Source of the DNA: Elusimicrobiota bacterium
GTDB lineage: Bacteria > Elusimicrobiota > Elusimicrobia > Elusimicrobiales > UBA9959
Reading direction: 5' to 3'
Assembly: GCA_036574205.1 (NCBI GenBank)
Contig: JAINCQ010000042.1
Location: 1 to 46,919, forward strand
Length of the DNA: 46,919 nt
Part shown: in pieces, positions 10,269 through 20,360 of the stretch
How the letters are laid out: every line of letters starts with the position of its first letter
Position numbering within the stretch: position 1 is the stretch's first letter
Notes under the pieces: model-generated
What the model was told of the DNA's origin: nothing
Seen by the model: only the letters and a program-made list of their open reading frames with translations
The model's database searches: none
Translations under genes and position numbers: made by a program

Positions 10269-11735
10269 CTATTCCTCAAATTTTTCCACAGTAAAAGTAA
10301 AAAGCTGGGTATTTTTGTCTTTCCAGCAGTTTCTTTCAAGTCCTGCTTTCTGCTGGCAAAGTTCTCCAAGAAAATCTTCTTTAGTGTTAAAATAATCCCA
10401 GACCTGAGGAAGAAATAATCCACTTCCCTTACTGGATACGACAACTACTCCCTGTTGTTTTTGTTTTATTTCATCTATAGAATTTATTTTTTTCATCGGC
10501 GAGAGTATTGATATTTCAATTTTTATCTTTTTAAGCTCTTCTGCCTTAAGAGGTGAAAATCTTGGATCATTAAATCCAGCTACAACTGCAAAATATCCCA
10601 CAGCGTCAGAAAGAGTCAATCTGGGTTCTGTGCTTCCCATACATCCCCTCAGATATCCGTTTTCGGTTATTGTAACAAATACTGCTTTTGGAAGATTCAA
10701 CTTCGGATTTTGCTCAAGTTTTGATTCTATTATGTTTTTATCGCCTTTTAGATATGACTCTATTGAGTTTCTTGCTTTTTTAAGTAAATATTTACGTTCC
10801 TCTGTTTCAAGTTTTTCTTGCTTTTTTGTTATATTCTTATCATAAACAAAGGCTCCGCTTATATATCCCACTACACTTTCTTTAGAAGAATAAATTGGAT
10901 TTTCATCGTTTGAGTTTTTATTTTCAAATGCGGTAAAGGTGTTTGCTCCAAGAAGTTTAGAAAGCCTTATCCCGACAATTATCGCTGATGAGCCACAGGC
11001 AATTGTATTAAGGTTTTTAATATTTTTTGATAAAATCATTTTCTGAGTTAAATCAAAATACTGCTCGTTCATTGTTTTGATTGCCTCTATTGCGGTTCTG
11101 TCGCTATTATGGGCTGTTTCGTAATCTGGGTAATGAGAAAAATCAGAGGATATAATAATAAATACTTTCCTTTTTGTTTTTTCAATTGTATTTTTGATTT
11201 CTTCAGCTATTTTAATTAGTTGTGATACATCCTGTGTGTTGACTAATATTGGTATTATCTTTGTTTTCTTAAATTTATATTGAATAAATGGTAGTTGAAC
11301 TTCTATAGCATGTTCATTCTCAAAAGCAATTTTATCTATCTTAAAAAGCTTGTTTTCTTTAAGTATTTTTATAAATTCTTGGTCTACCTCCACTTTCCCA
11401 AGAGGGGTAAGAAAATCCTCATCACAGGTTATTGCTCCATCTATTAATACTCTATGAGATGGTGATATTATTATAAAGCTTTCATATGTACCATTTATTA
11501 CAGAGTATGAAATTGCCATAAGTCTTCCGGAAAATTGATATCCTGCATGTGGCGATATAATTGCTTTTAATTCTAAGTTTTCAGCAAGTTTTTTATAAGA
11601 TTTAGTTTTCTCAAATGAGTTTTTTATGAAGTTTTCTATATCTTCTTTTTTATCAGGATAGAATTTTCCATTAACATATGGTCCAATATCTGAAAAAAGT
11701 AGAGTTATTAAATAAAAAATAAGTATTTTTATCAT
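10269..11735 (-). CDS. AmmeMemoRadiSam protein B (MEMO1-like) / protein A (AMMECR1-like) fusion
   Basis: PHAGY, EHAIEVQLPF, SSDFSHY, then AVFVT..LRGCMG, DPRF, GLFLPQVW. Confidence 0.9.
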   Translation of the reverse strand: MIKILIFYLITLLFSDIGPYVNGKFYPDKKEDIENFIKNSFEKTKSYKKLAENLELKAIISPHAGYQFSGRLMAISYSVINGTYESFIIISPSHRVLIDGAITCDEDFLTPLGKVEVDQEFIKILKENKLFKIDKIAFENEHAIEVQLPFIQYKFKKTKIIPILVNTQDVSQLIKIAEEIKNTIEKTKRKVFIIISSDFSHYPDYETAHNSDRTAIEAIKTMNEQYFDLTQKMILSKNIKNLNTIACGSSAIIVGIRLSKLLGANTFTAFENKNSNDENPIYSSKESVVGYISGAFVYDKNITKKQEKLETEERKYLLKKARNSIESYLKGDKNIIESKLEQNPKLNLPKAVFVTITENGYLRGCMGSTEPRLTLSDAVGYFAVVAGFNDPRFSPLKAEELKKIKIEISILSPMKKINSIDEIKQKQQGVVVVSSKGSGLFLPQVWDYFNTKEDFLGELCQQKAGLERNCWKDKNTQLFTFTVEKFEE

Positions 11736-11738
11736 TTT

Positions 11739-12611
11739 TTAAATTTTATTTTTTTTATAAAATTCCGTTATAAATTTCCAGGCTTCATTTGCAGTTTCAA
11801 CATATGTAAATATGTTTAAATCATCATAAGATATATATCCACATTTTGCCATAAGATTAAAATTTATTACTTTCTTCCAGTATTTTTTCCCAACGAGGAT
11901 AACAGGTATTCTTCTTTTTTTCCCTGTTTGAAGAAGGGTTAAAACTTCAAAAAGCTCATCCAGAGTTCCAAACCCGCCTGGAAAAGCAACCATGGCTTTT
12001 GCGCGCATAACAAAATGCATTTTTCTTATTGCAAAATAATGAAACCTGAAACAAAATTCTTCTGATATATAGGGATTTGGATCCTGTTCCATTGGTAGTG
12101 TTATGTTTAAACCTATGCTTTTTTCTCCACATTCCCATGCGCCTCTGTTGGCAGCTTCCATTATGCCTGGCCCGCCACCAGTGACTATTATCAATTTTTT
12201 GCCGTTTATTTTATTTTTTGAAACAAGTTTTGCAAATTTAAGTGCCTCATCATAATATTTTTCTGATTTTAAAAGTACCTTAGCGCTCTTCAATTTTTCT
12301 ATAAGTTCTTTATCTGATGGATTTTTCTTTAATTCATCTTCTATTACCTTTATTCTTTTAAGTGAATCTTCTCTATTGAATATTCTTGCGCTTCCAAAAC
12401 AGACTATAGTATTTTCAATTTTATACTTATTAAGTATCATATGTGGTTTCATTAACTCTAATTGAAGTCTTATTGGTCTTAATTCATCGCTTCTTAAAAA
12501 TTCAAGATCTTCATAAGCTTTTCTGTAAGATTTAGCGTGTTTAAGCCTGTTTACTCTTTCAAGTTTTATGTTATCATAGATTCCTGTTTCCTTCTTCATT
12601 TCTTTATCCAT
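11739..12611 (-). CDS. LOG-family (TIGR00730-like) nucleotide phosphoribohydrolase
   Basis: FGSAR, TGGGPGIMEAANRGA, PGGFGTLDE. Confidence 0.93.
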   Translation of the reverse strand: MDKEMKKETGIYDNIKLERVNRLKHAKSYRKAYEDLEFLRSDELRPIRLQLELMKPHMILNKYKIENTIVCFGSARIFNREDSLKRIKVIEDELKKNPSDKELIEKLKSAKVLLKSEKYYDEALKFAKLVSKNKINGKKLIIVTGGGPGIMEAANRGAWECGEKSIGLNITLPMEQDPNPYISEEFCFRFHYFAIRKMHFVMRAKAMVAFPGGFGTLDELFEVLTLLQTGKKRRIPVILVGKKYWKKVINFNLMAKCGYISYDDLNIFTYVETANEAWKFITEFYKKNKI

Positions 12612-12612
12612 T

Positions 12613-14475
12613 TTAACCCCTTTTTCTTAAAAAGTTTATCGAATTTTCAAAAATTCCTTTTTCATCAATTTTCAATTTTTCATAAAGTTCTTGTTGTTTT
12701 CCGTACTCTATAAATTCATCAGGTATGCCAGTTCTAAATATTTCCTGTTTAATCCCCATATCTGAAAGTGTTTCAAGCACAGCGCTTGAAAAACCGCAGG
12801 CTAAGGCATTATCTTCTACAGTTATTATTTTTATTTTTGCCGCTTCTTTTAAGGCTTCTCTGTCAATCGGTTTTATAAATCTAAAATAGTAAACCCCTGC
12901 ATTTATATTTTCCTTTTCAAGTTTTTCCGCAGCTTTTATAGCTGGAAAAAGTCTACTACCAGTAGCGATAATGTTAATATCTTTTCCTTCTTTTATTTTT
13001 ACCGCTTTTCCAATCTCATATTTTTCAAATTCTCCGATTTTTACACCAAAAGCCTTGCCTCTTGGGTATCTTATTATAACAGGTTTTGAAATTGTGGTAG
13101 CTGTATATAAACAATTTCTAAGTTCATTTTCATCAGATGGCGCCATGATGACAATATCTGGAAGCATTCTGAAAAGTCCTATATCAAAAACTCCATGATG
13201 AGTAGGCCCGTCTTCTCCCACAATTCCAGATCTATCCATACAGATAATTACTGGAAGTTTTTGAAGGCATATATCGTGCATTACCTGATCAAATGCTCTT
13301 TGCATAAAGGAAGAGTATATTGCAACTACTGGTCTAAATCCCTGGGTTGCAAGCCCTGCTGCAAATGTTAAAGCATGCTCTTCGGCTATGCCTACATCAA
13401 AATATCGGTATGGAAATTTGTCTCTAAATCTATCAAGTCCGGTGCCTTCCGGCATTGCTGCAGTAATTGCAACTATACGTGGATCTTTATAAGCAAGTTC
13501 AACTATAGTTTTTGAAAAAACCTCAGTAAATGTTGGAATATTTTTATCTCCCGCTATTTTTATGACCTCTCCAGACTCAACATCAAACTGAGCTGTCCCG
13601 TGAAAGTTTATGGGTTTATCTTCAGCATGTTCATAACCTTTACCTTTTTTTGTAACTAAATGCAGCAAAACTGGTCCTTTTAAATCCTTAAGGTATCCTA
13701 AAACTTCAACCATTTCTTTTATGTTGTGTCCGTCAATAGGACCGAAGTATCTAAATCCCATTTCTTCAAATATCATTCCAGGGAAAAACAAAACCTTCGC
13801 TCTTTTTGCCAGTTTAAGTATATTTTTGCCCCAGAACTGAAATCTGTTAAGAAATACCTCCATTTTTTCACCAGCATTTTTTATTGTTCCTAAAGTCAAA
13901 AGTTTTGCAAGTATCTTTCCAAGCTGTCCAACTCTATGTGATATAAACATCTGGTTATCGTTTAAAACAACAAGCATATCCTGACCTAAATGTCCTATAT
14001 TTTGCATTGCCTCCCAGCTCATTCCTCCGGTCATAGCGCCATCCGCCACCACGCATATAACCTTATAATTTTCTTTTAAAATATCTCTTGCAGAGGCAAT
14101 CCCGCAGGCTGCGCTTAAAGCTGTGGAGGCATGTCCTGCACCAAAAACATCATGTTCGCTTTCACTTCTTTTCAAAAATCCAGAAATGCCTCCCATCTTT
14201 CTTATAGTTTCAAATTTTTCATATCTTCCGGTAATAATCTTATGAGCGTATGCCTGATGACCGGTGTCAAATATTATTTTGTCGGTGGGGGAGTTATAAA
14301 CATAATGCAGGGCTATTATTAAATCAGTAGCCCCAAGGCTTGAGGCTAAATGTCCGCCATTTTTACTTATAACATCTATTATATGATCCCTTATTTCCTT
14401 TGCAAGTATCTCTAATTCTTCTACTTTTAATCTCTTTAAATCATTTGGTCCTTTTATATAAGGTAAATATCTCAT
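12613..14475 (-). CDS. dxs: 1-deoxy-D-xylulose-5-phosphate synthase
   Basis: GGHLASSLG, DTGHQAYAHK, DVGIAEEHA, GEDGPTHHG. Confidence 0.98.
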   Translation of the reverse strand: MRYLPYIKGPNDLKRLKVEELEILAKEIRDHIIDVISKNGGHLASSLGATDLIIALHYVYNSPTDKIIFDTGHQAYAHKIITGRYEKFETIRKMGGISGFLKRSESEHDVFGAGHASTALSAACGIASARDILKENYKVICVVADGAMTGGMSWEAMQNIGHLGQDMLVVLNDNQMFISHRVGQLGKILAKLLTLGTIKNAGEKMEVFLNRFQFWGKNILKLAKRAKVLFFPGMIFEEMGFRYFGPIDGHNIKEMVEVLGYLKDLKGPVLLHLVTKKGKGYEHAEDKPINFHGTAQFDVESGEVIKIAGDKNIPTFTEVFSKTIVELAYKDPRIVAITAAMPEGTGLDRFRDKFPYRYFDVGIAEEHALTFAAGLATQGFRPVVAIYSSFMQRAFDQVMHDICLQKLPVIICMDRSGIVGEDGPTHHGVFDIGLFRMLPDIVIMAPSDENELRNCLYTATTISKPVIIRYPRGKAFGVKIGEFEKYEIGKAVKIKEGKDINIIATGSRLFPAIKAAEKLEKENINAGVYYFRFIKPIDREALKEAAKIKIITVEDNALACGFSSAVLETLSDMGIKQEIFRTGIPDEFIEYGKQQELYEKLKIDEKGIFENSINFLRKRG

Positions 14476-15380
14476 TTATCTCTCCTTATTATAAGAAAGG
14501 CAAGATCTTTCAAAAGTTGCTTATAAATATTATTTAAGACTATTTTTTCAAGACTATTTATGGCAGAGTTAAAAAGACGTTCAGCAATTTTTTGTGATTC
14601 TTCAATTCCAAATAACGATACATATGTAAGTTTTTGATTTTTTAAGTCACTTCCCATTTTTCCAAGTTTTTTCTTATTCCCGATAATATCAAGAATATCA
14701 TCAGTTATTTGAAAAGCAAGCCCTATTTTTTTCCCGAAATCAGATATATTATTAAATTGAGAATATTTTTCAGATAAAATACATCCTATTTCACAACCTG
14801 CCATTATCATATCTGCTGTTTTGTGCAGATGAATATAGTCAATAATTTTTTTTAAACTCTTTTTCTCTGATTTTTTGCGAAATTTTCCTTCGCTCAGCAA
14901 ATCTTCCACCTGTCCAGACACCATTCCACTTGAACCAGAATGATAGGAAAGAATTTCTATTACCTTTGCTTTTAAGTTTTCTTTTATATCCCTTGAAGAA
15001 GCTATTATGTTAAAAGCGTCTGTTAAAAGTCCATCCCCAGCCAGTATTGCTATACCTTCGCCAAAAACTTTATGATTTGTCGGTTTTCCTCTTCTTAAAT
15101 CGTCGTTATCCATTGCAGGAAGGTCATCGTGAATAAGGGAATATGTATGTACCATTTCTATAGCGGCGGCTGCATCTACTATATTTTTTTTGTCTTTTCC
15201 ACAAAGCATCTCGTAGACCAAAAACATAAGCGCAGGTCTTATTCTTTTACCTCCGGCGTTTATTGAATAAAGCATAGATTTCTTTAATAACTTATGAGCA
15301 AATTTCTTTTTCCTGATAAATTCATTTATCCTTTTTTCTACGATGGCTTTCGATTGTGTTAAATATTCATTTAATTCCAT
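14472..15380 (-). CDS. ispA: Polyprenyl (farnesyl/geranylgeranyl) diphosphate synthase
   Basis: GGKRIRP, HDDLPAMDNDDLRRG, FQITDDILD; overlaps dxs; likely start at MELNEYL. Confidence 0.93.
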   Translation of the reverse strand: MELNEYLTQSKAIVEKRINEFIRKKKFAHKLLKKSMLYSINAGGKRIRPALMFLVYEMLCGKDKKNIVDAAAAIEMVHTYSLIHDDLPAMDNDDLRRGKPTNHKVFGEGIAILAGDGLLTDAFNIIASSRDIKENLKAKVIEILSYHSGSSGMVSGQVEDLLSEGKFRKKSEKKSLKKIIDYIHLHKTADMIMAGCEIGCILSEKYSQFNNISDFGKKIGLAFQITDDILDIIGNKKKLGKMGSDLKNQKLTYVSLFGIEESQKIAERLFNSAINSLEKIVLNNIYKQLLKDLAFLIIRRDK

Positions 15381-15480
15381 AATTAAATTATACAACATCC
15401 ACAAAAATAGGCAAAAACTTCGTAAATTATATTGAATTTCTTTTTAATTTACTGGTTTTAGTTAACTTTTATTTACTGAA

Positions 15481-15771
15481 TCAGGAATGTCCGCCTACAG
15501 TATAATCTCTTTCAGGTATTTTGCCAAATCTTTCTTCATATTTCCTTATATTTTCGCTTAAAGCTAAAAGAAATCTTTTTGTGTGAATGGGGCTAGATAT
15601 TATCCTTGCTCTTAACTTGGCTTTCGGTTGATTAGGTTGCATAAACAAAAAATCAAATATAAACTCAGTTTCACTGTGGGTTATACCAGCAAGATTTGTA
15701 TATAAACCCTGCGCTGTGGCGTCATCTATTTGTATTTCTAACTGTGTTTGATTTTCCTTTTTTTCAGACAT
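15481..15771 (-). CDS. DUF3467-family protein
   Basis: GLYTN..ITHSETEFIFDF...ARIISSPIHTKR..ALSENIRKYE pattern; GGAGG RBS. Confidence 0.85.
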   Translation of the reverse strand: MSEKKENQTQLEIQIDDATAQGLYTNLAGITHSETEFIFDFLFMQPNQPKAKLRARIISSPIHTKRFLLALSENIRKYEERFGKIPERDYTVGGHS

Positions 15772-15808
15772 CTTTCCTCCTTATGGATTTGATGATATAA
15801 TATATTAT

Positions 15809-16729
15809 ATGAAATACTTGATGCTTTTATTTTTTTATTTTTATCTATCTCCGCTTTCTTCCCTGCAAAACGAATACAGATCTGTAAATGGTAACATAAA
15901 ATCTATTAAAATAAAATATATTACTCCTTCTTATAAGAAAGCAAAAATTGTTTTTGAGAAAATAAATAGCGAATATGAGATTAAAATGGAGGGGAAAAGG
16001 ATAGTTGAAGAAGCAGAGAAGAAAAATGGCGAGGAAATTGTAAACTATAGAAAATATTCATATATAACCACACCGCAGGGAATATCTGCATATTGTTCGC
16101 AAAAGATAGATGAAGAGAGAAAGTCGGAAGAAAAAAGTATTGAGTACTTATGTGAAAGATATATAAAAAAGATATCTGAGATTAAAATTGAAAAGATTAA
16201 AGATGGAACAGCTTTTAAAACTTATTTTCTAATTAAAAAAGAAAAGAGTGATGATGTTTTGATTTATGATATGGATGATAATTTTATGGAAAAGGAAATT
16301 TATAATTACGGTGAACAGGGGGAGTTAAAGGAAAAAATCACTTATAATGATCTTGGCGATATGATTTATAGGGTTTCGTATGAAAGCCCTTCTAAACTGC
16401 TAAGATACATAAAAACATATAATAGCAATAATAATATTATAGATATAATGAAAGAGGAGAGAAGGATTGATGGAACATTAAGAAAAAAGATTTTCACAAA
16501 ATATACTTTTAGCGGAAATCTTGATTCAAGAGTTGAAACATTTTATAATGAGCGCGGGATAAAAGAGGAAGAAAAATATTACGATTCAAATGAAATGATA
16601 TATAAAAACTATGTATTTGAATATGAGACGGATGAGAAGGGAAACTGGATAAAAGAATTTAAATATCTGAAAAAAGAAGGGAATAAAAAATTTCTTGAAA
16701 CTATTGTTGTAAGGGAAATTGTATATTAG
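15809..16729 (+). CDS. Exported hypothetical protein with YD/RHS-like beta repeats
   Basis: Hydrophobic N-terminus; YNYGEQG, YNERG and YETDEKGNWIK repeats. Confidence 0.6.
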   Translation: MKYLMLLFFYFYLSPLSSLQNEYRSVNGNIKSIKIKYITPSYKKAKIVFEKINSEYEIKMEGKRIVEEAEKKNGEEIVNYRKYSYITTPQGISAYCSQKIDEERKSEEKSIEYLCERYIKKISEIKIEKIKDGTAFKTYFLIKKEKSDDVLIYDMDDNFMEKEIYNYGEQGELKEKITYNDLGDMIYRVSYESPSKLLRYIKTYNSNNNIIDIMKEERRIDGTLRKKIFTKYTFSGNLDSRVETFYNERGIKEEEKYYDSNEMIYKNYVFEYETDEKGNWIKEFKYLKKEGNKKFLETIVVREIVY

Positions 16730-16783
16730 TATTTGTGATCTTTATATTTAGTATCATCTCAATTTCAAAAAGTAAATAGAAGG

Positions 16784-18109
16784 TTAGGTGCCAGAGATAT
16801 TAAATACAGCGCTTTCCTTTTCTTTAAGTATTGTAAGTTTTGTGGCGGCGCCTGAGGTTTTTAGTATATTTTCTCCAGTTAATAACATTTTATCTATTCT
16901 ATTATCATCGTAATCAGAGTTTATATTAATGGGAATTAAATTTTTTATTTTATTTCTTATTGCAAAACGAAGAAGCACTGATATTGAACTATGTCCTTTA
17001 TGATGATAATTTTGATAATCTTCATCATCATAATAGCAATCATGGATTAATAAATCAAAATTAGATGTAAACTTACCTAAACGCTCATTGTAATCCTGAA
17101 ATGCAGTGGATTGCTCCCATATTTCACTATCAGGCGCATAAGCAAGTTTAAAACCTTTTATGTTAAATAGGTATATCATAGTTGTGGTAGGATGATTTGA
17201 ATACATAGTTGCCATCTTTATGTCGCTGGAAATTTCATAGTTTTCTTCAAGAATCTCATATAAGTTTATCTTAGCTTTTGGAGGTGATGGTATGGGAGAA
17301 AAAGAACTATAAAGATTTGATTTTATTATCTCTTTTAAAGATTTTTCAGGGTCATTCGGTCCAAGTATGTTTATTGTATAGGATGAGTCAAGAAAAGGAA
17401 GAAAATGCGGAAGACCGATTATATTATCTAAATGAAAATGTGTTAAGAACAGCCATATAGTTTTGTAATATTTTTTATTGTTTATAATATCCATTCCAAG
17501 TTCGTATAAACCAGTTCCTGCATCAAGAATAATAATGTCATTTTTTGTCTCTATAGAGACTGATAATGTTTGTCTGCCATATTTTGACTCGGATGTCTCA
17601 ATTTTTTTCCCGAGTGATCTTATTCCATATGCTGAAATGCGAACTTGTTTTTCATCTATTTCAGGGTTAAAGGTAGGATCTTCAGCACTTTCTTTTTGCT
17701 TTGAAGGAGGTGGAGGGGGGGTAACTTTAGATTGGCTGTTATTTTCTATAATCTCTTTTATTGTCTTTGAAAATGTTTCAACGTTATAAGGCTTTGCAAT
17801 GAAATAATCAGCGCCAAGGGCAAACGCTCTTTGCTTCTCAGATTCATATGATTTTCCTGAGAGTATAATGACTTTTATAGATTTGGTTTCAGCCATGGAT
17901 TTAATCCTTTTACATATCTCCATCCCGTTTATCCCCGGCATCATTATGTCAGTTATAACAAGTTTGGGTTTTATCCTTTTAATCTCTTCTATTGCTTTTA
18001 AAGATTCATCTATTAATAAAACTTTCCATCCATCATCGGTCAATAAATCCTTTGTAAGTTCCCCAGACATTGGGTCATCATCTATTATTATTATATCAAC
18101 GTTTTCCAT
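16784..18109 (-). CDS. Response-regulator receiver fused to an MBL-fold (RNase Z/phosphodiesterase-like) domain
   Basis: IIDDD, DIMMPG and KP in the receiver; Pro-rich linker; LDAGTG, THFHLDN, HDC, GHS in the MBL domain. Confidence 0.85.
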   Translation of the reverse strand: MENVDIIIIDDDPMSGELTKDLLTDDGWKVLLIDESLKAIEEIKRIKPKLVITDIMMPGINGMEICKRIKSMAETKSIKVIILSGKSYESEKQRAFALGADYFIAKPYNVETFSKTIKEIIENNSQSKVTPPPPPSKQKESAEDPTFNPEIDEKQVRISAYGIRSLGKKIETSESKYGRQTLSVSIETKNDIIILDAGTGLYELGMDIINNKKYYKTIWLFLTHFHLDNIIGLPHFLPFLDSSYTINILGPNDPEKSLKEIIKSNLYSSFSPIPSPPKAKINLYEILEENYEISSDIKMATMYSNHPTTTMIYLFNIKGFKLAYAPDSEIWEQSTAFQDYNERLGKFTSNFDLLIHDCYYDDEDYQNYHHKGHSSISVLLRFAIRNKIKNLIPININSDYDDNRIDKMLLTGENILKTSGAATKLTILKEKESAVFNISGT

Positions 18110-18242
18110 TTATCCTCATTTAATAAATTATACAATAACTTGTTTTGGAAGTAAGCAGTTTAAATAGTAGCAATTTGATCATATGCTATAATATATTATA
18201 GAAATTATATTAGGAAAATGTTAAGTTTTTTTTAATTTTTTT

Positions 18243-18827
18243 ATGATAAGGATAATAGCTGGAACAAGAAAAAACAGGCAGGTTCTTTCTCTTCCTTTAA
18301 GTCATCATGTAAAGCCAATTTCCGCAAGGATGAGAAAATCTCTTTTTGATATAATAAGACCATATATAACTGGTTCAATATTTTTAGATCTTTACGCTGG
18401 AATAGGGCTTGTTGGAATAGAAGCTCTTTCAAGAGGAGCTCAGAAGGTTGTTTTTGTGGATAATGATAAGGAATGCGTAAATACTATAAAGAGAAATTTA
18501 AAACGCCTTGAATTAGAAACTCAGGCAGTGGTTATAAAAAATGATATATTAAAAGATCTTAGATGGCTTAAATATTATTCTAATGATGGTTATGATATTG
18601 TTTATATGGGACCTCCTTACAGGGATTCTTTTAATAATCCATTGAATTATACGCTTAGAACAATAAATGGCATTTTAAATGCTAATTTGTTGTCTGAGTT
18701 TGGAATTATAATAGCTCAACACCATAAAAAAGAGATATTTATCATTCCTGATTCGCTTGATAATTACAGGTCCGAAAAATATGGAGATACAGTTATAGAT
18801 TTTTATAGGCTAAAAAATAATGTTTGA
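18243..18827 (+). CDS. rsmD: 16S rRNA m2G966 methyltransferase (RsmD family)
   Basis: RIIAG, FLDLYAGIGLVGIEALSRGA, GPPY, KYGDT. Confidence 0.88.
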   Translation: MIRIIAGTRKNRQVLSLPLSHHVKPISARMRKSLFDIIRPYITGSIFLDLYAGIGLVGIEALSRGAQKVVFVDNDKECVNTIKRNLKRLELETQAVVIKNDILKDLRWLKYYSNDGYDIVYMGPPYRDSFNNPLNYTLRTINGILNANLLSEFGIIIAQHHKKEIFIIPDSLDNYRSEKYGDTVIDFYRLKNNV

Positions 18828-19512
18828 GCTCAATTATTCTAAAGTAAATTCTTATCTTTTTTGTCCATATCTTTATAAATTTATTTATATTGATAAAAAA
18901 TATACTCCTCATACACCTAAAACATCCTTTGGTTTATCTATACATAAAACTTTGAGGGAGTATGCCAGAACCAAAGCAAATCTCCATCAACTTATGTTCT
19001 TATATGAAGAAAACTGGTGCAATTATGGATATTCATTTCCTCAACAGATGATGGAGTATTACGAGAAGGGAAAGGATATTTTAAAAAATTTTTATGAGGT
19101 TGAATCTCACAGTAGATCTCAGATACTTTATTTCGAGGATTTTTTTGAGGTAAAGATAGATGAAGATTTTGTTCTTAAAGGAACTGTTGACAGGGTTGAT
19201 AGGGATGAAGACGGAAAAATTGAAGTGATAGATTATAAGCTTGGATTTGATGATAATGGTGAAAAAAAAGACCTGCAACTTATGATATATGCCTATGGTG
19301 TTTCTAAAAAATATATGATAGATGTGTCTTTTGTTAGTTATTATTTTTTAATAAATCCCAAAAAGGTTAAAATGAAATATATTTTTGATAGTTATCTTAT
19401 TGATTTTCTTATTGAAACTGGAAGAAAAATGGAAAACATGATCTTTGATAGAAAAGGCAATTGCGCAAAGTGTCTTGCAAAATCAGTATGTAGTTTATCT
19501 GAGGCTAAATGA
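18820..19512 (+). CDS. PD-(D/E)XK nuclease, RecB-C-terminal/Cas4-like, with a 4-Cys cluster
   Basis: SKVNSYLFCP, GTVDRVD, IDYK, QLMIY, CAKCLAKSVC. Confidence 0.85.
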   Translation: MFELNYSKVNSYLFCPYLYKFIYIDKKYTPHTPKTSFGLSIHKTLREYARTKANLHQLMFLYEENWCNYGYSFPQQMMEYYEKGKDILKNFYEVESHSRSQILYFEDFFEVKIDEDFVLKGTVDRVDRDEDGKIEVIDYKLGFDDNGEKKDLQLMIYAYGVSKKYMIDVSFVSYYFLINPKKVKMKYIFDSYLIDFLIETGRKMENMIFDRKGNCAKCLAKSVCSLSEAK

Positions 19513-19910
19513 AAGATCTTATAAAATCAATAATTGACTCTGAAATAATTGATGTAAATCTTTATATGAAGGAAGCTGAACTATTTAAAAATAAAATAGT
19601 AAATGGCGAACATATTCATGATATATTTATCAATTTTGCAAAAGAGGAGACGCTACATATATCGGCCTTAAAGATAATCCTTAAAGAGGAGTATAAACAT
19701 AATAATTTTGAGGTTAAAGTTTCAAATTCTTTAAGGAAGACATTGAGGGTTCATTTAATGAGGGAAGGCGAAAGCATAAGGGTTTATGAAAATCTTATAA
19801 CAAAAATTGGAAACGATAAATATAAGGAAACGATCAGTGAGATTATATTTCAGGAAAATTGGCATTATAAAACTATGAAAAAATATCTTTTAAGTATAGG
19901 TTTAAAATAA
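19509..19910 (+). CDS. Ferritin-like (rubrerythrin-type diiron) protein
   Basis: Two E..ExxH half-sites (EETLH, QENWH). Confidence 0.7.
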   Translation: MKDLIKSIIDSEIIDVNLYMKEAELFKNKIVNGEHIHDIFINFAKEETLHISALKIILKEEYKHNNFEVKVSNSLRKTLRVHLMREGESIRVYENLITKIGNDKYKETISEIIFQENWHYKTMKKYLLSIGLK

Positions 19911-20360
19911 ATGGAAATAGTCATATTCAGACATGGTGATTCTCCTCAAATTTTTGAATCTAAGGTTATGAACGATTTTGAAAGACCTCTTTCAGAAAAG
20001 GGAATTTATGAGGTAAAAAAATCAGCTTTAAATCTTAAAAAAGAAAATTTTTCTGCCAATATTATAGTCTCTAGCCCCTTTAAAAGGGCAGTTGAAACAT
20101 CTATGATTATAAAGGAGGTTTTAAATATTAAAGATTTTTTAGTTGAAGATTTTTTAAAACCCGGTTCAGATATTGAAGAAATTATAAAATTTATTAAGAC
20201 TCAAACGGAGAATATTATACTGGTAGGACATATGCCTATTGTTGGAAGAATAGCAAAGAAATTTTGTGGCGGAGAGTATTTTTTCCCCTGCGGTTCATAT
20301 CTCAGAATATATCTTAAAGAGCATAATAATGCATATATCATTTCGCAATATTTACCTTAA
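19911..20360 (+). CDS. sixA: Phosphohistidine phosphatase SixA-like
   Basis: RHG, RPLSEKG, SSPFKRAVET, VGHMP. Confidence 0.88.
   Translation: MEIVIFRHGDSPQIFESKVMNDFERPLSEKGIYEVKKSALNLKKENFSANIIVSSPFKRAVETSMIIKEVLNIKDFLVEDFLKPGSDIEEIIKFIKTQTENIILVGHMPIVGRIAKKFCGGEYFFPCGSYLRIYLKEHNNAYIISQYLP

Noticed and set aside
18820..19512. Cas4 of a CRISPR system
   Set aside because: No cas1/cas2 or array; it sits in a housekeeping operon.
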